Shown here: positions 27,868 to 36,794 of the stretch, piece by piece
Numbering within the stretch: position 1 is the stretch's first letter
Layout of the letters: every line of letters begins with the position of its first letter
IMG/VR virus record: IMGVR_UViG_3300011442_000010
Coordinates: 5,948-69,947 of that record
Source of the DNA: a virus
Lineage: Duplodnaviria > Caudoviricetes
DNA length: 64,000 nucleotides
Direction: 5' to 3' (one strand)
Position numbers and translations under genes: made by a program
Notes under the pieces: model-generated
Told to the model about the DNA's origin: nothing
Database searches by the model: none
What the model saw: only the letters and a program-made list of their open reading frames with translations

Positions 27868-28100
27868 ATACCCCTGACCTCCCCTAACGCATCAGGCGCG
27901 AGGAGTACCCAGCTCCCTTGTGGCGGGTTCTCTTGTCTCACCTCTTTGATCTCCCAATCCGGCCAGTTCTTCTTGCAGAAGTCCTCCGCGCCTTTGCCTT
28001 GTGCTGCCAAGACGTAGATATGTTCGGTGAGGTCTCGATAGATTAGGGCGCTTTTTACCCGCTTTTCTATCCTTACAGTCCAGTTTCTTCCTTGTTGCAT
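27864..28100 (-). CDS. Hypothetical protein
   Basis: 78 aa, start overlaps GATase stop. Confidence 0.55.
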   Translation of the reverse strand: MQQGRNWTVRIEKRVKSALIYRDLTEHIYVLAAQGKGAEDFCKKNWPDWEIKEVRQENPPQGSWVLLAPDALGEVRGI

Positions 28101-29140
28101 CAGTTCCCCCTCTCCCCCAGCAACCTCTTACAATGCCCACACTCGATCTCCCAAAGCTCCAACTTCTTCAACTCTCCGTCGATGATATTGCGCCCCTTAC
28201 AACTCGGCGCAGGACAAACCACCACATCAGGTTGCTCCACCACGGGAGCAGTTGCTGTCTCCAGCTTCTTCTCCTCCCTCCCCTGCTTCACCGTCTCCTT
28301 ATTCCTGTCCTGCCTCCGCTCCCTCTGCTTCCTCTCCCAATCCCGGTGGATGTTATACTGCACTTGGCTTCTCACTCCTCCTGCCGCCGAGAACCCATCC
28401 GCAAACTGCACCCCTTCGCTGGTGATGATAAACGCGCTTTCCTTCTCCACGGTGTTGAATTTGAGATCCATCCGGTTGGCTTTGAACGGGAATCCCCACT
28501 TCTTCACCCACACCCGGGAGGCGGCATGTATCGCTTCCTTCTCACTCGCCCACATAAGTTGGTTGTTGTGTTCCAGCATGGCGATCACGAGCGGAGAGCC
28601 GCTCCTCGCAAGTAGCAGAGTATCCGGCTGCTTCGGAGTCACCGCTGCAATCGCAGCACTCCCTCCGAGCTTATTCAACACCCTGATCCCCTCCTTCGTC
28701 AAGCCCTCCGCATCCAAGATGGCGCGGATAATATCCGTATCCACCTCCGCCTTGCGCTCCAACTTCAGGTCGTCGAAGAGCCACCGATGGTTATGGATCA
28801 TCCCATTATGGGTAACCGCCACTCCCCCTGCATAAACCGGGTGGTTGTTTTCGTTCTTATCGGGACTTCCAAGGGTAGCCAATCGGGTATGGAGCAACAC
28901 CGTCATGGTGTCCTCGCCCAAATGCTCCTCCAAAAACCTCGCAAACACCCTATCGCTAAGGATCTTCCACGCGATCTCCGGGCCTTTGCAAACCCTCACA
29001 CTCCCATCCCGCTTCTGCACCGCGATGCCCGTGGCATCCCCGCCACGGTGTTGAATCTTGATGAGCAGTGTTCTCACCTGTGTAACATCAATGGGAGCAC
29101 TGTCTTCTCCCATTCGCTTCAATCCCGCAATGCCGCAGAT
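28100..29140 (-). CDS. Class II (Ntn) glutamine amidotransferase
   Basis: Frame reads ATC-TGC-GGC-ATT-GCG-GGA (x-C-G-I-A-G) from 29140; HRGGDATG, HTRLAT, NNHP, HNGMIHN, VDTD; needs ATC start to keep Cys1. Confidence 0.9.
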   Translation of the reverse strand: MCGIAGLKRMGEDSAPIDVTQVRTLLIKIQHRGGDATGIAVQKRDGSVRVCKGPEIAWKILSDRVFARFLEEHLGEDTMTVLLHTRLATLGSPDKNENNHPVYAGGVAVTHNGMIHNHRWLFDDLKLERKAEVDTDIIRAILDAEGLTKEGIRVLNKLGGSAAIAAVTPKQPDTLLLARSGSPLVIAMLEHNNQLMWASEKEAIHAASRVWVKKWGFPFKANRMDLKFNTVEKESAFIITSEGVQFADGFSAAGGVRSQVQYNIHRDWERKQRERRQDRNKETVKQGREEKKLETATAPVVEQPDVVVCPAPSCKGRNIIDGELKKLELWEIECGHCKRLLGERGN

Positions 29141-29172
29141 ATAGCTACCCTCTTCTCTCGGACAAACCGAGG

Positions 29173-30549
29173 TTACTGCTGAATTTGACTACCCTTCTCG
29201 AACAAAACCTTCCGCCCATCGTTCTGGGGTTCCCTCACCCTCCCCGCCATCACATCCTCCAACTTCCATACCCCGATGCTTCCATCACAGAGAAGCTCCT
29301 TGAAGACGGAGAGTTTACGCTTCAGGGCATAACTGCTGAGAACGAAGTTATAGGAGGGCTTCGACTTCACCTTCAACCCCAGCCTCGCGATCTTCACTCT
29401 TTGTCTCTGCGCCCACCAAGTTGGGGCTTCCATCTCGGATTCATGAAGCCTCGCGGCCACCACGTTAGAGTGTTCCCCTATATGCAGCGTCCCCCTAAAC
29501 ACCATCGGAACCATTCCAACGGGTTTCCAACCCTTGGGGATCTCCACCATGAGGCTCTCATATCCCCCAATCACTGGAATGGGAGTATTCTCCACCAACG
29601 CCGCCCAGATCTTCGCCTGAATTCCCTTGGGAGCCTCCGCCGCTACCACTCCAATTCCCTTCCGCTCCACCTTGGGGAGAAACGTGATCCCCCAAGCAGT
29701 GTTCATCCCACGCGGTTTCTTCGGAAGCCCGTGCCTTCGAATCATCTCCCAGCAAAGCTCCGCATCATCGTCTAGGCCACGAAAGTAGGCAAGGAACATC
29801 TTGATTCTGTGAGTAGCATATTCCGGGGAATCCCCATTGGTGCGGTTGAGCATAATCAAATCCGGCCTCACCACCGCTAACTTCGTCAACGTCAACACCA
29901 ACATCGCCTGAGCGGGAGACTCCACAAAGCTCGGGAACCCCCTATACTCCCATCCCCAACTCTGCTTCTTCCAATCCCCCAGCAACCCCACCGGAGCCAT
30001 AGGCCAGGTATTCCGTAGCTTCTGCTCCTCCCGGCTAAACACCCCCGCAGAGATCAACAACTCCATAACCTCATCCAGCGCCACAACTTCCCGTAGGCGG
30101 TTCTCCGTTCGCAATCGGGCAAACCCCACTCTCCCACTCAGCGGAAATCCCTCCTTCAACCACCCACCACTCTCCCAAGAGTAGGCTCCGGAATGGGTAC
30201 TCAACACATCCGCTCCCTGCAACCCAAACGCTAGATTCCCCACCACCTCCAACACTCTCCTACTCCCTTTGGCCGTAACCATCACCGAGCGGGTAGCTTG
30301 ATGGAGCCGGGCAAATCCCCCGAGAACCGTCGCGCTTGCTCTCAGCTCCCCCTCTCTCCTCGCCCCCACCATCACCCTCGCGCCGATGGTGAAACGATTA
30401 ACCAACCGGGGAATCTCCCGATACCTCACCCTCCACTGCCTCTCCAATCCCTTCACCCATTCGTTGGAAATCGGCCCGGTGGCTACACTTCTCCCCTGCC
30501 GGACGCTCTCTTCCACTATTCTGCGCTTGATGTCTCGGAATTCTGCCAT
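29173..30549 (-). CDS. Degenerate COOH-NH2 ligase type 2, paralogue B
   Basis: ATG 30549 with GGAG SD; keeps GLLGDWKKQSWGWEYRGFPSF..SP..A.LVLTLTKLAV but FTIGARV replaces GxDPE and SGRVGF replaces GGHxH. Confidence 0.7.
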   Translation of the reverse strand: MAEFRDIKRRIVEESVRQGRSVATGPISNEWVKGLERQWRVRYREIPRLVNRFTIGARVMVGARREGELRASATVLGGFARLHQATRSVMVTAKGSRRVLEVVGNLAFGLQGADVLSTHSGAYSWESGGWLKEGFPLSGRVGFARLRTENRLREVVALDEVMELLISAGVFSREEQKLRNTWPMAPVGLLGDWKKQSWGWEYRGFPSFVESPAQAMLVLTLTKLAVVRPDLIMLNRTNGDSPEYATHRIKMFLAYFRGLDDDAELCWEMIRRHGLPKKPRGMNTAWGITFLPKVERKGIGVVAAEAPKGIQAKIWAALVENTPIPVIGGYESLMVEIPKGWKPVGMVPMVFRGTLHIGEHSNVVAARLHESEMEAPTWWAQRQRVKIARLGLKVKSKPSYNFVLSSYALKRKLSVFKELLCDGSIGVWKLEDVMAGRVREPQNDGRKVLFEKGSQIQQ

Positions 30550-30550
30550 G

Positions 30551-31378
30551 TTACTCCACCACCCATCTATCCATCCATGCATGTCTCCGCCGAGGTTGAG
30601 GCGCTTCCTGCTCCACTTGCTGCCTCGCTCGACGCAATCTCTCTTGTTCCAACACCAACATCGCTGGCCAAGTGGTGGTAGCTGTTTGTTGAGGTTGCGT
30701 AGGTGGCGGTGTTTGGGCTTGTTGGTGAAGCTCTTGTGCTATTTCAACTTGTCGAGGCGTTACAGGCCACGCAAAGTCAGGAGCGGTAGCCGCTCTTACC
30801 TCCATATCTCCATAATCCGCCCACTGCGTTGGAGCTGCTTTTTTCTTCTTCTGCGGCTGCTGGCCTACCACATTCACCCTTCGCCGGTAGTCCGTGATGT
30901 AGATCGCCCCAATCTCCGGACTCACCCCATACACCCTCGCGTTCGCCCCCAGCGCACAATCAATCCTATGCACCCAAACTCCACCCCTCATCCACGCCGT
31001 CGCAGCCGCACGAAGGTCATGCCACGGGTGATACACCGTCCAGAGCCAGGGAGAAACCACTTGAAGTGGGATGCTGGTAACCTGCCCTCTTCTGGTGGGT
31101 TGATCCCATCCAAGAATAGTCTTCGCCACCATCCACGCTCGATCCCACTCCATAACCGCCAGAAGCCTTATTCCTCCCCTATCCGCTTCCTTCTCAAACC
31201 TCTTCGCCGCAATCGCATTGGGCTTCCCCACATATCTCCAAATCCCATGCTCTCCCCCTCTCTCCCACTCCACCATCATCCTCACCCGGGTGGGATACTT
31301 CCCCGGAAACGGAGCGGGAATCGCAAAATCCCCCGCCTTCGGAAGCTTCATCGCCCTTGTCATGCTAAGTCGTAGCAT
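30551..31378 (-). CDS. Hypothetical protein
   Basis: 275 aa, Gln/Pro/Thr-rich C-terminal linker. Confidence 0.6.
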   Translation of the reverse strand: MLRLSMTRAMKLPKAGDFAIPAPFPGKYPTRVRMMVEWERGGEHGIWRYVGKPNAIAAKRFEKEADRGGIRLLAVMEWDRAWMVAKTILGWDQPTRRGQVTSIPLQVVSPWLWTVYHPWHDLRAAATAWMRGGVWVHRIDCALGANARVYGVSPEIGAIYITDYRRRVNVVGQQPQKKKKAAPTQWADYGDMEVRAATAPDFAWPVTPRQVEIAQELHQQAQTPPPTQPQQTATTTWPAMLVLEQERLRRARQQVEQEAPQPRRRHAWMDRWVVE

Positions 31379-32090
31379 TATTATTCATCCTCTCCCAGGT
31401 CTCCTTCGCACTGCGGAGTCTCCCCTGCATCTCCGGGGTGTTGGTCTTCGCCATTGCCTCAAACAGTAGCGGATAGGTCGGGTCATCAAACATCCAACGA
31501 TGTTGGCATTCTGTGGAGCACAACGGCACCCCCCACTTCCCCCCGGTGCATTTCTTCTCACAAACCACACACTTCTTCTGCGCCAGGAGATATCCGTATG
31601 CCGCGGTCAAATGCACACTACATTTGTAGCGATCCATGTGAACCTTCATCCTCACCGCCCGCAGGCTCTCACACACCACCCAACGACAGGCTCTGCACCT
31701 GGCCCACTGGCTTACCGCCAACTCCCCTCCCTGCCAGAAGCGGTATTCCTCTACCTGGAGATTCCCCTCTCCGGAGAAGTCCAGGCGCTTTGGAGGAGTA
31801 ACATCCCGTTGCCACATCTTCTGCTTCCTCACCGGCCCATAGATCGCATGCTGCTCCCACTCCCCTTTGATACGTGATGGCGCAGTCCACACCTTCTTCC
31901 CGCGCTTGAGCAGCGGCCAGCGAGTGCCATCAGGCATCACGCTTTGCATGAGGAGCTTTATTGGGGGGTGGAATTTTTCTTCTGCCATACCCATATCCAG
32001 TGATTTAGAACCATCTTCAAGTCCCAAATCGCAGTTGCGATGCGCCCGAAGTTGATTGCAGCAACTAATGCGATTACCGCATAAAGCCAT
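31365..32090 (-). CDS. Hypothetical protein with Cys-rich zinc motifs
   Basis: CRAC...C...H..C..H and CVVC...PLCSTEC; true start probably downstream of 32090. Confidence 0.55.
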   Translation of the reverse strand: MALCGNRISCCNQLRAHRNCDLGLEDGSKSLDMGMAEEKFHPPIKLLMQSVMPDGTRWPLLKRGKKVWTAPSRIKGEWEQHAIYGPVRKQKMWQRDVTPPKRLDFSGEGNLQVEEYRFWQGGELAVSQWARCRACRWVVCESLRAVRMKVHMDRYKCSVHLTAAYGYLLAQKKCVVCEKKCTGGKWGVPLCSTECQHRWMFDDPTYPLLFEAMAKTNTPEMQGRLRSAKETWERMNNNATT

Positions 32091-32185
32091 TGCAACACGT
32101 CGAATTGTAGTTTCACTTCCATATCTTCATGCCCCACTCCCCACATACAAACACCCACTCGGAACCACCGCGCGCTTCCAAACAT
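31958..32185 (-). CDS. Small membrane protein
   Basis: Hydrophobic WLYAVIALVAAINF segment. Confidence 0.4.
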   Translation of the reverse strand: MFGSARWFRVGVCMWGVGHEDMEVKLQFDVLQWLYAVIALVAAINFGRIATAIWDLKMVLNHWIWVWQKKNSTPQ

Positions 32186-32492
32186 ATGCCGTTACGGGGA
32201 ATTCCGTACTGTCCCGATGCCCAAAACTGGTAAATCCCACCTCTTCCCTCATAAACCCTCCCTGCTCACCCCCACTCAACCTATCCACCCCCATAATCAC
32301 CTCCGGGGGAACTACCCAGAGTTCCCCAAACACCCGAGAGGCTCCGGGTTTGATGAGGTGAAAATCCCCCTGCCGGTACAAATCCATATTCCACACACAC
32401 CCTCGGGTGATAAACGTCGCGCCCCAGTTATAGAGGAGGGGGTTGAAGCGTTTCCCTCGTGTGAGACTCCCGTAGACGAATAGCTTTTCCAC
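32127..32492 (-). CDS. Gamma-glutamylcyclotransferase (AIG2-like) family protein
   Basis: LFVYGSL..G, VFGELW, DRLSG (for DxLEG), AYVW. Confidence 0.85.
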   Translation of the reverse strand: MEKLFVYGSLTRGKRFNPLLYNWGATFITRGCVWNMDLYRQGDFHLIKPGASRVFGELWVVPPEVIMGVDRLSGGEQGGFMREEVGFTSFGHRDSTEFPVTAYVWKRAVVPSGCLYVGSGA

Positions 32493-32493
32493 C

Positions 32494-32724
32494 TTAGAAC
32501 CTCAGTGTAATTGTCCCATGAAGCACACGGAATATCCCGGCTTTGTTGAAATGCCGTTCTTCGAAGTGTTTGAATTCAGGTTGTTGGGTATCAATACAAA
32601 TCACCTCGCACTGTTGCTTTATATAGACAAGATGTTTCAGGCCATCATGACGCTGGAAGAACTGCCCATTCTCCAACTGCTCAAAGCCCTTGAGATCTTC
32701 TCGGAGCTTCACATCAATTTCCAT
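32494..32724 (-). CDS. Hypothetical protein
   Basis: 76 aa, GGAGG SD. Confidence 0.6.
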   Translation of the reverse strand: MEIDVKLREDLKGFEQLENGQFFQRHDGLKHLVYIKQQCEVICIDTQQPEFKHFEERHFNKAGIFRVLHGTITLRF

Positions 32725-33071
32725 CTCTCCACCTCCAAAATATTAACGGGGCCAGTTGCCGATCCTCCGGTCTGGCCCCTTGTCCGGGGACGTTATTTAA
32801 AGACGCACAACAAGAGTCTCCCCCTGTCCTCCCTGCGAGCGTTTCCGCTCTCGGCATAGCCCCTATCCCTGCTAACAAGGTCTTAGGCTCATTGCGTCTA
32901 TAGCAGAAGCGATGGTGCAGCTTCCGCGCTGATTGGGAAAGAGCTACACATGATCTCCTTCCCTGTGAGGGTTAGATTATATCCCCCGGCCCCTCTCCGT
33001 GGTTTGGAGAGCTGAGTGTATCCCCTCTCTCCTGGGCTTAGTGGGGAGGAAATCAACTCCCCGGCCCGTGC

Positions 33072-33605
33072 TCAGGCGTTAGTTTCCGTCCGAGAGCGGC
33101 TGGATGAAGATCCCCTCCCATGAGTACTCCTTTTCGTCTGAGACTTCTTCCCCGCTGGTTGGCGGGAAACTTGCGATGCCATCTTCTTCAGGTGAGCGGC
33201 ATTCACTTTCTTGGCCGCTGCCCATACTGCCTTACACCAAGGGCAAAGAACCTGTTTTTCTTCAACGTCCGGGTTGCAGGTACACCCCGGCTTCTCCTGC
33301 TTCATATTCCCCTTCGCCCCTGCGAGAGGCTTCCAGTTTCTCCCGCGCGCCCAAAGATGGAGCTGGGTATTTCCATTCCCCGTAAACTCCAACACCTGCT
33401 CAAACCCCCGGCTCTCCAATGCCTTCACCACGGATTTGTTATTGTGTTGGGTTGGACTGGTAATCGCCACGGTAAAGTAGTGAAACTCCGTCTCCGCGGG
33501 CATGTTGGAAGCTTTTTGCTGCTCCGTGGCTCCCGCTTGATCTCCATATAGTCCCGTTAAAATCTGCGCCCCACAACACGCGGGGAACCCTTGCAACTGC
33601 GCCAT
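33072..33605 (-). CDS. GNAT-like protein, CCG family copy 2 (lacks QxxGxG loop)
   Basis: QGFPACCGAQIL...ALESRGFEQVLEF...LHLWAR. Confidence 0.6.
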   Translation of the reverse strand: MAQLQGFPACCGAQILTGLYGDQAGATEQQKASNMPAETEFHYFTVAITSPTQHNNKSVVKALESRGFEQVLEFTGNGNTQLHLWARGRNWKPLAGAKGNMKQEKPGCTCNPDVEEKQVLCPWCKAVWAAAKKVNAAHLKKMASQVSRQPAGKKSQTKRSTHGRGSSSSRSRTETNA

Positions 33606-33625
33606 AACTTTCTTCTCCTTCGCCC

Positions 33626-34258
33626 TTATAGGGCTATTGTCAAATCCTTCTGCCCGGTAACCACCATATTTCCACTCCGCCTATTTCTCCACTCCTCCAC
33701 CACCTTCCACCCACTCCTATCCCAGAGCTTCTTCTCCGCAGTCATGGAGGGGAGAATCAACGTCCCCATCAACCGAGTATATCCTGCCTCCCTCGCGATC
33801 TTCTCCTTCAACTCCATCACCAACGCGCCGATCCCCTTCTTCTGCCACTCACTCCTCACCATCGTGGTGTAGCTCAACAGCAACCCGCAGCACGAGGGAA
33901 ACTGGGTGAGGTTGAACTGCGCGATATTTCCACTCAAGTAGAAACTCTCCCCTCCTGGAGCTATATGTCTCAAACACCTCCCTTGCTCCGGCTGGGTACT
34001 CTTCAACGCTTCTTCTTCCTTCATGAGGTAGAAACCCGCTCCCATGGGATAGTAGCTTGTAACAAAAGCCGGGTGCGCCTTCGCCCTATTATACGCCTCC
34101 AACGTATCCCCCCACCCCTCCACCAACGTCACCTTCCCTCCCACGATCTTCTCCAACCTCTCCCGGCCTTCCTGCCACCCATCCCACACGGATTTGGCCT
34201 TCGAGGGGTACGGAAATGTATCATATGTCCTTGCCATCTCTTCTTCTCTCCTCCCCAA
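33626..34258 (-). CDS. GNAT-like acyltransferase, CCG family copy 3
   Basis: TQFPSCCG...WQKKGIGALV...AREAGYTRL...RNRRSGN. Confidence 0.75.
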   Translation of the reverse strand: MGRREEEMARTYDTFPYPSKAKSVWDGWQEGRERLEKIVGGKVTLVEGWGDTLEAYNRAKAHPAFVTSYYPMGAGFYLMKEEEALKSTQPEQGRCLRHIAPGGESFYLSGNIAQFNLTQFPSCCGLLLSYTTMVRSEWQKKGIGALVMELKEKIAREAGYTRLMGTLILPSMTAEKKLWDRSGWKVVEEWRNRRSGNMVVTGQKDLTIAL

Positions 34259-34365
34259 AACCGCAAGGTGGCTAAAGCTAACAGAGCGGGATTACCCACA
34301 TTCCCCTGCTGCCTCACCTACCGATTTTGGGGGCGAGAGAAGAATCTCTCTTCGCCCAACCTCCC

Positions 34366-34737
34366 CTACCGCGTGTTCTTCTTCATCAACAACGCGATCT
34401 GGTGTCCGTGGTGTTCTCCTGGGAACCGCGTGATCTCGGAGAAACCCAGGGCCAGCAACGCCGCCAACGCCTTACTCTGGCTCTGCACATCCACCGTGGC
34501 GAGGGTGACTTTTCCCGCCTCGCCGATGTGGTTCTGCGCGGCTTGCTTCGTGGGCTTGCCGTCTTCGCTGAGATCATTGTCGTAAGGGAAGTCGCTCAAC
34601 ACTTCCACCCCACAACATCCGGGGAAATCCTTATCAATCTGCACCGCGGAGATGTCGTTCTCATCCCCCACAATAGCCCGGAAATCCACCGCCGTTGTGG
34701 GAGTTCTCCGTGCCGTAGTCCTTCGTCTCGTAGCCAT
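34366..34737 (-). CDS. GNAT-like protein, CCG family copy 4
   Basis: KDFPGCCGVEVL...ALLALGFSEITRF...GHQIALLMK; Arg/Thr-rich N-terminal tail. Confidence 0.6.
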   Translation of the reverse strand: MATRRRTTARRTPTTAVDFRAIVGDENDISAVQIDKDFPGCCGVEVLSDFPYDNDLSEDGKPTKQAAQNHIGEAGKVTLATVDVQSQSKALAALLALGFSEITRFPGEHHGHQIALLMKKNTR

Positions 34738-34783
34738 ATAGGCCCTCCTGTTAAAATTAAACTTGTGTTACCTCTGCTCCCCG

Positions 34784-35221
34784 CTACTTCCCAAACAACT
34801 CCAAAATCTTCTGAAGCGCGAAGTATTCAGGGTTCACGAATCGCATAAGCGCATCGCTGAGATTCGCGAAGAACCCAATCGTAGTACCAATCAACGCGAG
34901 GAAGCTAAAAACGGTACTAAAACCCGCCCCATCGTCGTTCCAATTGCACTCTTTCACAGCCGCGTAAGACTTCTTAAACCACCACAACGCGACGAGGAAG
35001 AGCGCCCCAAAGCAGAGTGCCCAGATTAGCCACTGCACCCCCTCCGCAATTCCCTGTCTCACCAACACCCCCCACAAATGCCCCGCGGCCACCCCCAGCT
35101 TCTCACTCAACGCATCGAGCCGTTTGAAAATCTCCGCTTTCCAATCCGTATCGAAAAGCACCGCCATGATATAGTTCATCATGAACATTCCAAGTAGTTT
35201 CATCTGCAACATATTACACAC
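34784..35221 (-). CDS. Phage membrane protein
   Basis: LDALSEKLGVAAGHLWGVLVRQ followed by two TM helices and NPEY. Confidence 0.65.
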   Translation of the reverse strand: MCNMLQMKLLGMFMMNYIMAVLFDTDWKAEIFKRLDALSEKLGVAAGHLWGVLVRQGIAEGVQWLIWALCFGALFLVALWWFKKSYAAVKECNWNDDGAGFSTVFSFLALIGTTIGFFANLSDALMRFVNPEYFALQKILELFGK

Positions 35222-35501
35222 TCCTCACTTCCCAATCCGTCCCACTCCAAATATGCCGGTAGTTGTGCCGCTTATGCCAACCCCTCCACGGGAGTTTCCC
35301 CCACCTCGGAGCCAAGTACCTCCACCCGGGAAGGCTGGAGTGGATCTCGGGAGAAGGCTTCGCGTGTCTTATCGCTCTGTCTCTTGCCCACGCTCCCCAC
35401 AACAACCACAGGTCTAGCAAGACCAGCGCAATCAGCAAGAACCAAATACCTCTTCCCTTCCTCATGATTCCTCCTCGCCACACTCCGCATATCCGCGTCA
35501 A
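35214..35501 (-). CDS. Small membrane-anchored protein
   Basis: WFLLIALVLLDLWLLWG TM segment. Confidence 0.45.
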   Translation of the reverse strand: MTRICGVWRGGIMRKGRGIWFLLIALVLLDLWLLWGAWARDRAIRHAKPSPEIHSSLPGWRYLAPRWGKLPWRGWHKRHNYRHIWSGTDWEVRSV

Positions 35502-35548
35502 AACTAAAAGTCATCACCTCTGGCCCACTCCCAAGGGCATCGAGCCCG

Positions 35549-35662
35549 CTACTTGCCGCGCTTTTCTAAACGATCCACTCGCGCACTCAATTTTAAAACG
35601 GCCGAGCTGAGACTATTTATCGCAGAAGTTAATGCTTCTATCATCTTCAACACTTCTTTCAT
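35549..35662 (-). CDS. 37-aa coiled-coil peptide (not in ORF track)
   Basis: GGAG SD; MKEVLKMIEALTSAINSLSSAVLKLSARVDRLEKRGK with heptad periodicity. Confidence 0.55.
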   Translation of the reverse strand: MKEVLKMIEALTSAINSLSSAVLKLSARVDRLEKRGK

Positions 35663-36198
35663 TGCTTCTCCTTTTTTCTTCTAACGCATCAGAGGAAGAA
35701 GCGAGGTCTCCATCATGGAGCCTCTACTCCCTCCCCCTCTGCTATCTTCCCCCATCCCACCATCGAAAGGCGTATCCCTACCAGTTACTCTGTAGCAGAA
35801 CATATCCATAGATAACCGCGCTTGTTTTAAATCGGAAGGCCCGAAGATGGAATCCCATGGTTGCCCACGTTCAACCTCGAAGAAGTCTAAGATGGAGTAT
35901 CGGGCCGAAACCTTCCACTCCGCTCCAGATCATAGACGCAACCTCGCGGAAGCATCTCCCTGGCAATCTCTCTTCTTCTCTTCTCCTCTACCTCACCCAC
36001 AGAGGCGCGATTGTTTCTCTAGCACACTCTCTACACCAGAATTCAAACCCCGGATATGTGAACAAGAAGCAAAGGATGTTACTCCTCCACTCCCCGCAGG
36101 CCCACACGGGCCAACCACCCTCTCCAAAGTTCCTCCCGGTTGTGTGTCGCCTTTATAGCGGTTTGGGGGAAGAATCCCCAAAACTTCCTGCCCACCCC

Positions 36199-36462
36199 CT
36201 AGGTGGTAATAATCACTTGTGTTCCTTCTGGGAGAACGCGGTAATCACTCCCCCCGAAGTTTTTGGCATTATGGACGCTGTGATATCCTTTAGACAAACC
36301 GAAAGCCGAATCAACCCCTGTTTTATAATACAGGACGTGCTCGTCTGTTCCAATTTGAAATACCCGTAGCAAGGGAATGTCTGCAAATGGCACACCCCGC
36401 GATACCGGATCACGTTTTACTTCTATCTTCAATCCCCACCTCCCATCCAGCCTTCGCTCCAA
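36199..36462 (-). CDS. Hypothetical protein
   Basis: 87 aa ORF. Confidence 0.5.
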   Translation of the reverse strand: MERRLDGRWGLKIEVKRDPVSRGVPFADIPLLRVFQIGTDEHVLYYKTGVDSAFGLSKGYHSVHNAKNFGGSDYRVLPEGTQVIITT

Positions 36463-36794
36463 CCCCCTATGACTGGAAATCTTCTAAAATCTCTCACATT
36501 AATCGCCCCTCCCTGATACCCACTCCACGTCCAAACCTTCTCCCCTCGAACTTCCTTCCTCTTCTCCAGATGCTCCCTGCATTCCTTCTTCCCACAGCAA
36601 AATATCCCCGCTTCTTCCACCCACCCGTACTCATCAAACCTCCTCGGCCTCCCACACCTACACGGCTCCAACGCCACCATCTTCAGCCCAAAGCAGAGTT
36701 GGCATACTCCATCCTGCTTCCGGAGTCTGGGATTCACCTCCACCCCATATCCCTCACACGCGGGACACACCGCGAACCTTTCACTGGACGCCAT
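36429..36794 (-). CDS. Zinc-finger protein with CxxCxGxG-like repeats
   Basis: CPACEGYG...CQLCFGLK...CRCG...CCGKKEC. Confidence 0.55.
   Translation of the reverse strand: MASSERFAVCPACEGYGVEVNPRLRKQDGVCQLCFGLKMVALEPCRCGRPRRFDEYGWVEEAGIFCCGKKECREHLEKRKEVRGEKVWTWSGYQGGAINVRDFRRFPVIGGWSEGWMGGGD

Noticed and set aside
32740-33070. Several GC-rich hairpins in the gap between GNAT copy 2 and the GGCT operon as a second ncRNA
   Set aside because: The hairpins are short, lack a closing long-range helix or diagnostic tetraloops, and fit terminator or processing stems in purine-skewed DNA.
35521-35600. tRNA-like look on the minus strand (GAGTGG D-loop-like, GGGCTCGATGCCC T-arm-like, terminal CCA)
   Set aside because: No 5' acceptor strand complementary to GGGAGTGGG, no proper 7-nt anticodon loop, and most of it is explained by the 37-aa ORF 35549-35662.
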